Shown: piece after piece, positions 24,637 through 37,393 of the stretch
Position numbering within the stretch: the first letter of the stretch is position 1
Layout of the letters: each line of letters starts with the position of its first letter
From: Bilabrum cf. latius
Lineage: Eukaryota
Assembly: GCA_965178125.1 (NCBI GenBank)
Contig: OZ237774.1
Coordinates: 434,001-498,000, forward strand
Direction: 5' to 3'
Length of the DNA stretch: 64,000 nucleotides
Made by a program: the position numbers and the translations under genes
Notes under the pieces: model-generated
What the model saw: only the letters and a program-made list of their open reading frames with translations
Database searches by the model: none
Told to the model about the DNA's origin: nothing

Positions 24637-26660
24637 ATGGAGGCTGCAGAAGACCCCGGAGCAGGGTTTGGGGGTATTGCTATATTTTGCGGCCTGATGG
24701 CTGCTGGACTAGCGTGGGCCATTGGTGCGCAAGACGTTAGCAACTGCTTTGGCACTTCGGTTGGCAGCAAGGCACTCACGATTTTGTAGAGCTGCGTGCT
24801 GGCCGGAATATGCGAATTCCTCGGAAGCTTGGCGGGCGGCTAGGTTTCTACTACGATATCGGGCGGTTTGCTGGACATGCCTTTGATAGTGTCCATGGGG
24901 CACGACGGGGCTGTGCTGTACGCTCGCATCATGGCCAGTGCAATGGCGGGCGCGTTCGGATGGCTTGTTCTCGCGACTCGCTACAGCTTACCGGTATCAA
25001 CATCTCATTCGTTGGTCGGAGGTATTGTTGGTCTCGGTCTGTACGCCACGGGCACTGCCAAGTGGACCACCGTGGCAGGGATAGGTGAGCAAGAGACGAC
25101 TTCGACGGATTGCACTCCATAAAACCACTCAATGACTTAAACCCATTGGCCTATAAGTTCCATTCATGCACCGCAGCGAGCTCCTGGGTGACGAGCCCGC
25201 TGGCTGGCGGGCTCCTGTCGTTCGCCATCTTCTCCCGCATCCACGCAGACGTTCTCTCCGCTAGGAGGCCGGCGGAGGCCGCGCAGTAGGCGGTCCCCTG
25301 GTACTACGGGGGCACGGCCGGGCTGCTGGCTGCCTTTGTGACGAGTGCGGGGCCGCCGGCGTACAGGCTGGGGCCGGTGCCGGCGCTGCTGGTGGGCGGG
25401 CTGGCGGCCCTGGCAGGGTACGGGGCCACGGGTGGATTCGGAGTCGAAGTGCTCCCCATGGGCATGGGCATGGGCATGGGCGGGGCGAGGGGGAGGGATG
25501 AGGGGGCCGGCGCGGAGGCAGTTGTCCGGGGCGCGTTAGGTGTGACGAGTGAGCGAGCGAGCAAGGGGAAGGACGTCGGGTCCGGTGCGCGGGTTGGAGC
25601 AGGGGCAGGGGCGGGAGCAGCCTTGAAGATGAAGATGGGCGTGCCACGGAGCAGCTCGGCCCCCGGCCTTGCCCTGAGGGATTCGGGGTCATCCGATCCA
25701 GGGAACAGCGGGATCGGATCATCATCGAGGGGGGGCTCGTAGATGCTGGAGGAAGTGGAGCTGGAAGCGGGGGGGATAGACGGTGGGGGTGTCCCGTCGG
25801 GTGATCCGTTGGGGGGGGAGGGCAAAGTGGGGGACAGGGAGGGTGGTTCCGCAATTGCGGCGCCGCGCAGCACCGGCTCTACTGGCAGCGTGATGTCCAC
25901 AGCATCGCAGTCGTCACACCATGCACCGCTCGGGTCCACCATATCCGATAGGGCAGGCGGGCTCGCTACTGCTGCTGCAGGCACAGGAGCAGGAGCAGGC
26001 GCTGCAGATGCCGACACTGGGGGGGATGGGAAGCCCGGGCACGGGGTGGAGCAGGCGGAACAAGTGTTTATCCGGCTGATGGTGCTGACGGCCATGATCC
26101 TAAGCCTGGCGCACGGCTCGCAGGATATCTCCAACGCGGTGGCTCCTTTCTCCGCGCTGGTGGAGCTGGGGTCGACGGGCGAGGTGAACCCAGCGGCTGT
26201 GACCCCCATGTGGGTGCTGGCGGCAGGGGGGGTGGGCATAGTGGTGGGTTTGGCCACCTACGGCCACAAGGTCATGGCCACGGTGGGCGAGAAGATCGCG
26301 AAACTGACCTTTAGCAGGGGGTTCGCGGCGCAGGCTGCCACAGCTGCCACACTGCTTGGTGCGACGGTGCTGGGCATGTCTGTGTCCACCACGCACGTGC
26401 TGATCGGTGCCATCTCCGGTGTTGCGCTGGTGGAGGGCCCGGGGAAGATCAACGTCGCTACGCTGCAGAGGATCGCCATGAGCTGGGTGGTGACTATTCC
26501 TGCCGCGGCTGGGTTCTCCATCGCGGTGTTTGCGGCCTGGGAGCTCGTGTCTCCTGGGGGGTACTATGGGGGGGGCTTGGGGGGGGCTGAGGGGGGCGGT
26601 GGAGAGGGGCAGTTCGTGCATGCGGATGATGATGTGGCGATGCCTGGGGGGGGGGTCTGA
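24637..26660 (+). CDS. PiT/PHO4-family inorganic phosphate transporter; join(24637..25084,25177..26660)
   Basis: IGAQDVSNCFGTSVGS..TIL*SC, LPVSTSHSLVG, SWVTSP, AHGSQDISNAVAP, GMSVSTTH; one GTGAGC...CGCAG intron. Confidence 0.9.
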
Positions 26661-27766
26661 TCCGATCGATGGCTGTGGTCATGATGGCCCGGGGGTGTTG
26701 GCTTGTCTGCGACGAGCAGCAAGCTCGTTAATTATTTATTGGCGCACTGATGTTCCTGGCAATGTTCGAGCTTTGTTGATCAGTCAGGTTCGAGGCTATA
26801 TCCCGGATCTGCATAATTATCTGCTTGAAGATGAAGAGGGCCGCCGCGACCAAGGCTTGCATCGCTTCACATCGAACTGAGGCGAAGTATGGGCGCTTGC
26901 GTCGCAACCTCTCTTGAATCTGGCAGTGTTTAGCCAAATGGGTGCGTAATTGATACGGATGCACCACGCGATAACAGCAGCAGCTTAATTGCGGTCGCTA
27001 ATGTGCGAATGTGTGAGTGGATCGCGACCTTGACCTATTACGTGTACGAGTAGCTGCACAGCTAAGTCTTTGAACACAACAGGATTTTATCATGAAAAAA
27101 ATCGAAAGTTGTGGCCCAATCAGCTGTAGTACTTCGGTTGATGCGAAATTACAGCGCGAACACTGGGCTGCATTCGCGTCGCGATGCTTCTATTCGATAG
27201 TTTGATATTTTCCTGGCCGAAGCTGAGACTGATTTATGAATCAATGCTATATTGATGCATAATTTACCATTTCTGTCGCTTTATCGGTGTATCCATGGCT
27301 TTCATCGTCCCTCTGCCGCGCAGCACCACCTCGTCCAGCCGACGCAAAATGTGCAAGCAATGGTACAACTGCCAGTGAGAAAAGCTTATCAATATGCAAT
27401 GGTCTAATATGCTTAGTACACATCATTATTGAAGCCTTGATTCTATCACGCTGCTAGCTCAGCGCTACCTGATTTGATTGCACCGCAGCAGCACCGAGGC
27501 CTGGTGAGACTGATGATGAACAATCACACGGGAGACCATCGCATCGCAAGAATGCCTTAGGATAGCAGGATAGGGAGAAAGAAGCATATAAATCTGGTAG
27601 CGAGGGCTAGGGCATTCACTTGCTAGCTGGGCAGTCAGCGGACCCAAGCAGTGAAGGTGACAGCGAAGCAGCTGTTGTTGCATCTACTAGCAATTAGGAG
27701 CCTGCTAAAAATAAAAGCTACGTCCGGCGGGCAGCTAAGAATAAATTAGGCCCTCAGGCTGCCGTC

Positions 27767-29011
27767 ATGGTCGGGAACAGGTCCATTCGCACCGCTCGGC
27801 TGTACCCAGCGTGGGGAGCGAGCGGAGCCGCCAGCAGTGCTGGCCCTGCAAGAAACTACATGAAGCGAGCAGCATACTCCCCGGGTCAAGATCCAAGGCA
27901 GGCTTTGTACAAGTCAATGCTTGCAACCCCTATGGTGGTGCGCCCCAGCACCTCCTCCAAGAGAAGAGGAGCACAAAGCAGCTGCTAGGCCTCGCTCAGC
28001 GGCAGGCGGCGACGGAGCCTCCTGGGCTGGGACCTAATCGACCAGTGTGACGAGTGCTGGCCATCAGATCATATCCGACACAGGACTGTCATACCATCGA
28101 GCATCATGAACGGGCCAGCAGCTGGCCGGGCCGCTGCCTCCGCTCCCAGTCGTGATATTGACAGGAACTTACACTTGAAGGGGCGGCATGCGACTGCGGC
28201 CAAGGGACGGGCAGTCTGCCTCGGTGCGGGGAAGCAGGGGCGATGGGCGAGAGAATCGGGTGGGCCAGTAGCGGCTATCGCCATTGGAAGCGAGGCGGAG
28301 GAGGAGGTGGTGGTGGTGGTGGGGGGGGGGCGCAGCAGCAGGTCGCACTCGTCACGACCGAGGGAGCGCACCGTGACGATACCGTCGATAGCGCACCCGA
28401 CCGCAGCGTCGTCAGGAGCCAAGGAGCCCCCTTCCAAGGAACAACCGAGAGTGGACGCAGCTGCCAGTGATGGTCACGCAAGCGAAGAAGAAGACAAGGC
28501 CTCCGTCCACGGGGCCCCAGGTGTGAGCGATCGCGAGTACGAATGTGACTGTGGTGGTGGTGACCCGCTCGAGAGCGACTGTGGTGGTGACCCGCTCAAG
28601 TGTGGCTGTGGTGGTGACCCGCTCGAGAGCAGCCCCAGTCGCTGCATGGTGGGAGGGGTGCAGCTATATGCCGGGGAGAGCATGCGCGGCACTCACTGGC
28701 AGGCCACTTCACGAAGGATCGTCTCGCAGGATCGTTCTAGAATGCGTACGGAAAGCGATTCGCAGCGCGATTTCTCCGCCCTCATCGGCACTGGCAGCGG
28801 TGCCGATCGTGATGGCGGCGCTTTCCGATCAAGCATTGCCAGTGGCGACCCAAGAAGCCCGCAGTCGCAGTCGCAGGGTGGCTCAGAAGATGCCTGGCTG
28901 CTGTCTCGCGCGATGAGCTACGAACGTTCGCTGGAAAGAGCCGGGATGGCCGCATCCACTGGCAGTGGCATCACCGTGGCGGGAGGGGCGGGCGGCAGGG
29001 GCCGGCTGTAA
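27767..29011 (+). CDS. Hypothetical low-complexity protein (414 aa)
   Basis: Two same-frame ORFs joined across TAG27986, ending TAA; contains 3 CGGDPL repeats. Confidence 0.4.
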
Positions 29012-32000
29012 TTGCCGGGCAGGAAGGCAGAGTTCGAGCAGGGCTTGTGTTTGCATGGCCAATACATCGCCAAGGCAAGGTGGTGCACGTATGCCATGCG
29101 CGTCTATCAAACCTTGCGACCTGCAGAATATTGAAGATGAAGATATACATTTTGCACTTGTCCATTCCTTGGTATCACGCATAATTGTCTATTTGCATGG
29201 GTTTGTGCACAAGCGCAAGCCAAGTCCATTGTGATAGTAGATATCACGAAACGGTTCCCGCTGGCCATGTTCCTCATCCCCTGCTGGCAGCAAGCACTCC
29301 ACTCGCAGCCATGCAACACCGCAAAACCCCAGAAGGTGAGAATGCATCCAAGCGAGTACCGCCAGCTCCTCTAGATGCGCAATAGATAGTCTATTCAACA
29401 TTTGGGCTGCTATAGCCATTTGCTGCCGGGTGCCTAGCTCGGAGTTGTACGATCGGCAAAGGGCCCATACCAATCCAGTCAGGTTTCCACAGATGTAAAA
29501 CCCTACGCTGTGCTACTCGGCTCGTTCCCATCGCGGAAGCATACACTAGTAGAATAGTAGAATTTGATATCATCCCTGTTGCACTCCCTTTAAGGCCTTA
29601 TACTAAAAGCAGGGCAAGCAGGGCAAGGAGCCAGCGCGCATGCTGCCAGTGAGCAGCAAAGGACATGCTCCGCTTACCCAGGACGGGATGGCGCACTGAC
29701 AGCCACCGATGCAAAAATTGCAATCATTGAGCACAGTGAGACGATAATCTGGCTAGTAGGCAGGTCTACATCTGTTTGTCTCGCTGCATATGCGGCGAAG
29801 GATGGCTAGCGAACTCGATTGTGGCATCCTGTTCAAGAACCGATGACCTCCCTGCCTTCAAAACTCCGCAGCTACATGCAATGCCTCCAAATTGCAACAT
29901 CAACTGCACGGGTCAAGCAGTACTAGGCTGGATGCAGTTCATGACCAGTGGTCGCAACGATCGGCTCGGGAAGAACGGATTGTCCGACGCCGATGGACAC
30001 ACAGCGAGCTGCCGACGACAGGTGCCGACAGTCGCGGGTGTCTGCTGCAACCAGGCGGAAGCAGCGCATCAGAGGATGACAACGGCAAGCTTGACAAACC
30101 GTTTAGTTTTCCGTTTTTGGTGTCGAGCAAAATTTGTCCCAGTGGGGCCATCGGAAGCGGCAGCAGCCCTCGGCATTTCTCCCGGGCAAAAAGGCTCATC
30201 TTGCTGGGCTGGGATCTAGAAGAGGGCAGCATGCTGAGAGCGGGCAATCGAGTGCATGCCCCGACAGAGCTGATTCCAGGCGGAGTTAAATTCTGCCACG
30301 GTCGCGATCCCCACAGCAGCCCCTCTGTTTTCGCTGGAGAGACGCGATCGACGACGAGAGCGCAAAGGGACGAGCTCCCGTAGGGCATGCCGCCAGTGAT
30401 GCCGCGAGTCATGCCGCGGGGACTGGCTCGCGTTCCTCGCAGTCGCTGGGGAGATGTTGCTGAAGCAGCTCCGTACAGCACTGCTGCAGAGCGGTGGGCC
30501 CGTAGACAGATCAAGCATCTGGGCCAAGCGGCGGTCCGCCGCTCCGTGTCCTGCCCCAAGGCGAGGGTGCAGCGCACGAGGATGCGGAAGGAGTCCGACG
30601 CGACCGCCGGGCTACCGCAGCCTGTGGATCACATGCCTGGACCGGCTTCGGACTCGGTGCTGAGCCTGCACACACCCCGGGCACTATCGCGGCAATGGCA
30701 CTGAACCGCTCCATCCGGTCGTGCGCGGCTATGCGTTGTGCCTTGCCATGCGTCCCTGTTATTCGTTATTAGTATGCTTGTCGGGGAATTATTATAATTG
30801 CATTTCCCGGGCTATTCAAGCTTAAATGCCGTCAGTGGGCAGGACCGCTAACCCTACATGTAAGCGATATGGAGCCCCGCCCTCCGCCCGCCCAGTGGCG
30901 GGGCCCTGCCTAGGACTGTAACTCACAGACACCGATGAATGACCCATCGCAATATACGTCTTTTTTGTATGCGCGACACCTCCACTGTGGCGTTTATCTC
31001 GGTCGTGGTTACGTGCGCTTCTGTCGCCAGTGGTGCACAGCGCGCGGTCTCTGTATCTGTGAGTTTGCGTGGTGGCTTCGGGCAACGTCTGGCTGGCCGG
31101 ATACTTTCATCCCGCCAGCTGATTTTAAGCATTCTACAGTAACCCAGCGGCAATTTCATGGGATCTTGCATTGGCAGTGCCGCAGAGACTCCCGTGCACT
31201 AGGCTGTCGGCACTGGCTCTGAGCACGGTTTGCCGGCTCCTGAACTGAGCTAGCTAGACCATGTGCAACAAAGCAATGTTTCAAATAGTAAGAAGCAACT
31301 TGAAAATATTATGAATAGCTGGCTTACGCGTTGCGGGGCGCTCCTGATGCGGTACATGTGGTGCCTGCCTGACCGCGGTGAATTAACAAAATCGGCCTGC
31401 AACGCTGCCTTGCATCAGGTACACGTGCTTTACACCTCTCACTCAGTCCACCATCTACTAGACTGACTTGCACTTGTTTGGCTTTCTCCTGCCGTGACCC
31501 CGGCATCGTTTCAAAAAGGAACAGCCTATGCGGCTTGACATGGTATTTCCGACTGTGCTGGCAAAAGGGACGATACACACAGCTTCAACGACAAGGCGCA
31601 CAATTGTAAAACTCATGCAAGAACACGCGCCAATGTATAAATATGGTGGTGTCCTCGGGTCATTGCCCTTAACCGCCCCGTCCGACCTCCTTCGGCATGG
31701 ATTGTCAGGTCGCAACTTGAAGGCTCGCGACCTCGCCTGTTCGCAACACAACAACATTGCCAATGACCAGTTTAGCCATATTCATGAATATCGCAGCGAG
31801 ACAATATGCATTTTAGGGGCAAGAGCAAACGTCTGAACCACGTTCAATTGCGCCTCAAGCGCTCGATGGAGGCTGGGAGGCGCCATCGGCAACAGCAGTA
31901 ATTGTCAGATCTGCACAGGCCGGTCAATTATCCGACAGGGGGATTGGCTGCTTCCTAGAGCCGGGTGGCCACTCGAGGAGTTCTGAAATTGGCACTCAAG

Positions 32001-33948
32001 ACAACGACATTAGCAATCTGTAGCGCTGCTTGTTCAAACAATCGAGTCCGGCATCCGGGCCTATGGACCAGCGCCGAGCAATCGGCAGCAGCTCTCGGCA
32101 CGACGACGCTCGGTCAAAACGACGCATCCGACTGAGCCAGGACCTGGAGGAACGGCAAAAGTTGAAAGGATGCGGGCGGAACTATACCGCTGAACGGATC
32201 GCAATGCGGGAGAGCGATGCATCGAAAAGCCGCGTCTGCCAGCCCCACATAAGCCTGCTACCCCTCCAAGCAGATGATGACCCGCAGGGATAGCAGCCTC
32301 GAGGCAAGGCAAGCTGCAATGAAACCGGGCGCGCGACAGATGATCGAGGTGGCGGGGGTTACATGACTAATGGGCGACTGCGAGGAACTGAGCGTGCTCG
32401 TTCTGCTAGTGTCACCGATCGATAGTCCCGCGCGACTACTAGTAGCCGATGGGGCGATGTTGCAGCATCAGCACCGTATGCTTCTTGCAGTGGATCAGAG
32501 AGCTACGGCAGCAACGTGGCTAGCCGATCTGGAGCCAGTAGCTAATGAAGCTTGCCAAGCCTAGTGCCAGCACACCTACGGCAGGTTCACGCTCAGGGGT
32601 GGCACACCGTAGTTTTATAGGTGCAAGCGGCCTGGCTTACACCGGGGCTTGGCACACCATCGAATTGACCATGGCCTGATGCCCTGCGTGCTTGCTCGAC
32701 AAAAAGTGGCACGATCTTCCGCAGGTGCATTTGCACCGGCATCGAAGTGGTTCTTGGGGACAGTCGGATAGTGCACTCCCGTGATCGCGGCGTGTCCGCT
32801 GTAGGCCAACAGTGAATGCGTGCAAACAAGCGAGATCAATCCGGATATATCAAGTCAGGTCGTGCCACCGACAAAAGCAAAGACATGTGCAACGCGGCAA
32901 ATCCACCTATCTGTAGCCGGGACACGGCTCGAGGAGGCGGCGCCCTGGCCTACCCCGGAGCCTGCTTGCCTGCCGCATCTGCAGGCGAATCAAACTTAGA
33001 AAAACACCTGACCACCTCCATTGCCAGTAGAGTAACCCTCTCACTCCAAATGCTTGATCTCTGGATTGCTTGCCACATCCTCAAGTCCTCTCTTGGGCAG
33101 ATCCGCATGTAGCACGCCCGAGATGTGAGCATCGCCTCGTGCTCGCTCAGCTTCGACCCCCATGAGCTGAACGCGTGCAGGACGGCTCGCAGCAGCCCCT
33201 CGCCTTGCAGGTAGCCTTTGGGACCCCCTGTACTGAAATTACGGAAGGTACACTGCGGAGCAGGCACAACAACTAGGATTTTGGATGTGAATCTTGCGGT
33301 ACGGCGGGTTGCGATGTTCTTGTTCATCTATGTCTGCCAATTGCAGGCAGACTGACCACGGGCAAATTCAAGCAGTCTCACTAGGATCAAATATCCGAAC
33401 TTGCCCCTAAATCCAATCCCAACCTATTGAAGCGCATCTTATACCAGATGCTGCCGTCGGATTGGCAACGACTTCAGACTGGACGCGTATGCAGCTGCAA
33501 CTGCGCTAAAATCGCACCTCAACTCCCCTAATTTGCGAGTTTCTTTTTTCCGAGCTATGTTGGACGGACTATTGGAAGCTGCGGATGGCATTGCCACTCT
33601 GAGGTGCAGTCACGATCTCGAAAGTCAGAACTGACTCTGGGATGCGAGCTCTCGAATGGGCTCCGAGTCGGATCGGATCCCCGCACATTGTTGATTGGCA
33701 AGCCGTGTCACATCCACTAGTTTAGGGTAAGACGCTCCACGGAACATAGATACACGGATACGGACACAAACATGGGTATAGAGTGTGCGTGTATGAAGTG
33801 CCAGGCACATGACACGGATTGCGTAGAGGCGAGGGATCCGTGGGGATCAAGTGGACTGCGGGCTTTGTTCCCCATGCCATGCAAGCGCCGTGAAGAAAGT
33901 CTGACTTCACTACCAGGTCATCCTGGATCCCCACAAATAAACAAATGA

Positions 33949-34184
33949 GCGAGAGTATGACGGGGGGCCTTTGCAGCAATCTGTCCATTCCAATCGAGTC
34001 AGCCGAGCGAGAGTATGACGGGGGGCCTTTGCAGCAATCTGTCCATTCCAATCGAGTCAGCCGAGCGAGAGTATGACGGGGTGCCCTTGCAGCAATCTGT
34101 CCATTCCAATCGAGTCAGCCGAGCGAGAGTATGACGGGGGGCCTTTGCAGCAATCTGTCCATTCAAATCGAGTCAGCCGAGCGA
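33949..34184. repeat. Tandem minisatellite, about 58 bp x 4
   Basis: Unit GCGAGAGTATGACGGGGGGCCTTTGCAGCAATCTGTCCATTCCAATCGAGTCAGCCGA repeated head-to-tail with few changes. Confidence 0.92.
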
Positions 34185-35105
34185 CACCTCCACCTTCTGC
34201 CTGTGCAGCTTCACCGTCCCTGCCGCCTTTCCGTCCCCCACAACAAGTCCCCCATCCACTGCCTTGCCCCGGATCTGCAACACGACCCCTGCCCCCCCCC
34301 TTCCTCTGCCAGTTGCCGTGGCGATGTGCCCCGCCACCTCGCTTGCAAGCACTCCGGCATCCACGGTGAGCTTGAAGGTGCGCCCGTCAGGCAGACTGAC
34401 CTTCATTGTCGCCTTATCGGAGGCCCCGCCGCTGCTCACATCCATGTCGCCGATCGGAGCCGTAGAGGATGATGCCTCACCGCCCCCGGACCCTCCAGCT
34501 GCGGCGCCCGCAGGATCGGCTGCGGCACCCCACGCAGCCCGGGCGATGACCTTGGGTTTCTCCTTGATTTTGAGCGTCTCCCCGCTCTTGTCTACCATGG
34601 CAACGGATACGTCCCGACCCCCCCGCGCCAGCTCAGCCGGGACGCGGCCTGCTCGCACGCTCTCCAGGAAGTCTGCGTTGGCGGGGTCTGACAGCAAGCG
34701 GGGCTCCCCATCGTCCACCGTGAAGCAGTTCTTGTACATTGTTATTGTCTTTTCGCCAGAGCTACCGTCCCCGCCTTCGCCGGCGTCACCGCCAGCTGCC
34801 TCGGCCTGTTTTTTGGCCAGCTCTGCAATTCGCTTCATCATCTCTTCGGCGCTGGTCGGCCTCCCGGCACCGCCCATGCCACCCATGTCTGGCATACCAC
34901 CACTTCCACTAGACGTAGGAGGGCCACCAAGACCGCCGCCGATACCGGCTGAACCACGGGTGCTTCGATCAATTAAACCGGGTGCTGATCCGTCAAAATG
35001 TGCAGCGATGGCGGCATTTGAATCCCCTCCGCACGCCTGAACCAGCGCCTCGGCTTTATTTCTATTCAAATGCGTGATCGAAACAACTTGATCAACCGGA
35101 TCCAT
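34173..35105 (-). CDS. p47/NSFL1C-like p97 cofactor (UBA-like + SEP + ubiquitin-like), 310 aa
   Basis: N-terminal UBA-like segment; SEP motif [40 protein letters not shown]-terminal KVSLPDGR. Confidence 0.82.
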   Translation of the reverse strand: MDPVDQVVSITHLNRNKAEALVQACGGDSNAAIAAHFDGSAPGLIDRSTRGSAGIGGGLGGPPTSSGSGGMPDMGGMGGAGRPTSAEEMMKRIAELAKKQAEAAGGDAGEGGDGSSGEKTITMYKNCFTVDDGEPRLLSDPANADFLESVRAGRVPAELARGGRDVSVAMVDKSGETLKIKEKPKVIARAAWGAAADPAGAAAGGSGGGEASSSTAPIGDMDVSSGGASDKATMKVSLPDGRTFKLTVDAGVLASEVAGHIATATGRGRGGAGVVLQIRGKAVDGGLVVGDGKAAGTVKLHRQKVEVSLG

Positions 35106-35220
35106 CGCACAAGAGGCCAACAAATACTGGCGTTCTTGGACAATCAAGGTTCGCTCGAGGTTCGCGCCGAACCCTCCGGGACTGATGGGTTCGCACGATC
35201 AGAGAATTCCGACCCTAGAG

Positions 35221-36709
35221 ATGGCAGCTGCAGCCGGTGGAAGTGGCAGATCTACCGACTTTGATGGTGTATTTACTGCGCTCGTTACCCCGTTCAAAGA
35301 TGATGGTGAAGTGGACTGGGAGTGCTATGTGAAGCTGTGCGAGCGGCAGGTTGCAGCAGGTGCTGGTCTTGTCCCGGTGAGTTAAAACCATTTGGGCATT
35401 TTGTTAGAATCGTCCCTGATAATATGAATTGTCTGTTAGTGCTCACCAGCGCAATTGCTCGATGTGTGGAGGCAACGACTGGTGCGGACACTTCTGTGCG
35501 AGACGAGTAGCAAAAGATAGCTGGTGCGCATTTGCTGTCCGCGTGACGAGCAATTCGTCGAAGAAGGGGTGTTTATTGTTTGGAGACCACGAGGCACGCA
35601 TCACCCGTGCTGGATCTCCGCTACAATGCTGGAAACTATGCCAAATTGCGCACCGCGTGCCCCGCACCTTGGTACCGGCAGAGGACTAGGCCCTCGAGGC
35701 CTCGCCAATTATCTCGCCACTTGCGGCCATGCTGATGTAGAAGGCCCATCAATTAGGTTTTGTCTATCCCCCTCTCCGGAGCGAGCGCCCCTTTCGCAAA
35801 CGGCCCATGCAGCGCCCCATCCTTGCCCCCGATCGCCGGGCCACGACTGTCAAGCGCGCGACGATGCAGCCACTCACGTCGCCGCAAATCATGCTTACTG
35901 CCAGCGCCGATCACCCACCCCCATCCTCCTCTCACACGCACTCGTCACACCAATCGCAGTGCGGCACCACCGGGGAGACCCCCACGCTCACCGTGGAGGA
36001 GAAGAAGAGGGCCATCACGGAAGCCATCAAGGTCGCCAAGGGCAGGTGCAAGGTAATCGCCGGCACGGGCAGCAACAGCACCAAAGGATCCGTCGAGTTT
36101 ACCCAGTGGGCAAAGGAGGCGGGCGCCGATGCGTGTCTTGTGGTCAACCCGTACTACAACAAGCCCAGCCAGGAAGGCCTGTACCAGCACTGCAAGGCAG
36201 TGGCTGACGTGGGCCTGCCCGTTGTTCTCTACAACATCCCGGGGAGGACCGGCTGCCGCATGACCGTGGATACCGCGGCTCGGCTGGCCGAGCACCCCTC
36301 CGTGATTGCGATCAAGGAGGCCACCGGGAGCCTGGATCAGGCCAGCGAGACAGCCGCGAGGTGCCCTGGCCTGACCCTGCTGAGCGGGGACGACACCCTG
36401 ACGGTGCCCCTCATGTCTGTGGGCGGGCATGGTGTGGTGAGCGTGCTCTCTAATCTGGCACCCGAGCAGGTGGTGGCCATGGTGGGGGCTGCCCAGAAGG
36501 GTGACTTCAAGGAGGCGGGGCGCATCCACAGGGCGTTGTTCCCAGTGTTCAAGTCCATGTTCGTGGAGACCAACCCCGTGCCCGTGAAGTACGCCATGTC
36601 GCAGAAGGGGCTGCTGCGGCCGGACGTGAGGCTGCCGCTGGCCCAGCTGGAGGAGGGATCCAAGAAGGCAGTGGAGGCGGGGCTGGCGGTGCTGGCGACC
36701 GTGGCGTGA
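35221..36709 (+). CDS. dapA: 4-hydroxy-tetrahydrodipicolinate synthase; join(35221..35376,35960..36709)
   Basis: [46 protein letters not shown]; one GTGAGT...TCGCAG intron. Confidence 0.93.
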
Positions 36710-37393
36710 GCGAAGCATTGCGGCGTGTGCGCTTCGCGGTTTGTTTTACTGCGTGGCGCGGGGCTGGGCTGGGCTGGGTTGGGTGGCCCATTCCCGTCGC
36801 TTCTTGTGGTCATCAGCACCTTCAAGTTGCAGTTCATCATGATAATGGGCTGGCTTTGGCAGGATTCCCCTGGGAGCAGGTGGGACAGCGCGCTACGGCG
36901 GGCTGATGCACCTGCGCGTTCATTTTGCTTGTTGCAAATCCACCCGTTCTTGCAGTTATGTGATGCATGTATTCACCATTCCACAATCCAGTCCAATGTC
37001 TGCAACTCATCACACTCGTCGGACTCCACTTCGAGGTCGCACATATCCAACATTCAGCGCGTGTACTGCGGCCGTGTACCTTATTCAAGTAAAATACCTG
37101 TTTCCTGATGGACGTGGAAGAAGGAAGGACCCTGGGGCAGCCAGGCGTTGTGTTCGTCCGCTCGATGCTGGACATGCCTGATCCAATGGAAAAGGTGAGG
37201 TATTGCTATCCATGGAATCAACCGTGCAAACCTATGTAATTTCCCCGCTTTTTGTTACGTTGGCACACTTGTCGTGCCTGGTTTCTGCTCAATAGGAAGT
37301 CCAAATACGGATCTCGAGATTCGCACAGCTCAGTCGAGCGATTCCTAGTGCCCTCCGCGGTACCGCAATCCAGTTTCTAGTGTAACATCCAGC

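Noticed and set aside
33949-34184. CRISPR array
   Set aside because: Head-to-tail repeats without unique spacers; no cas genes; eukaryotic context.
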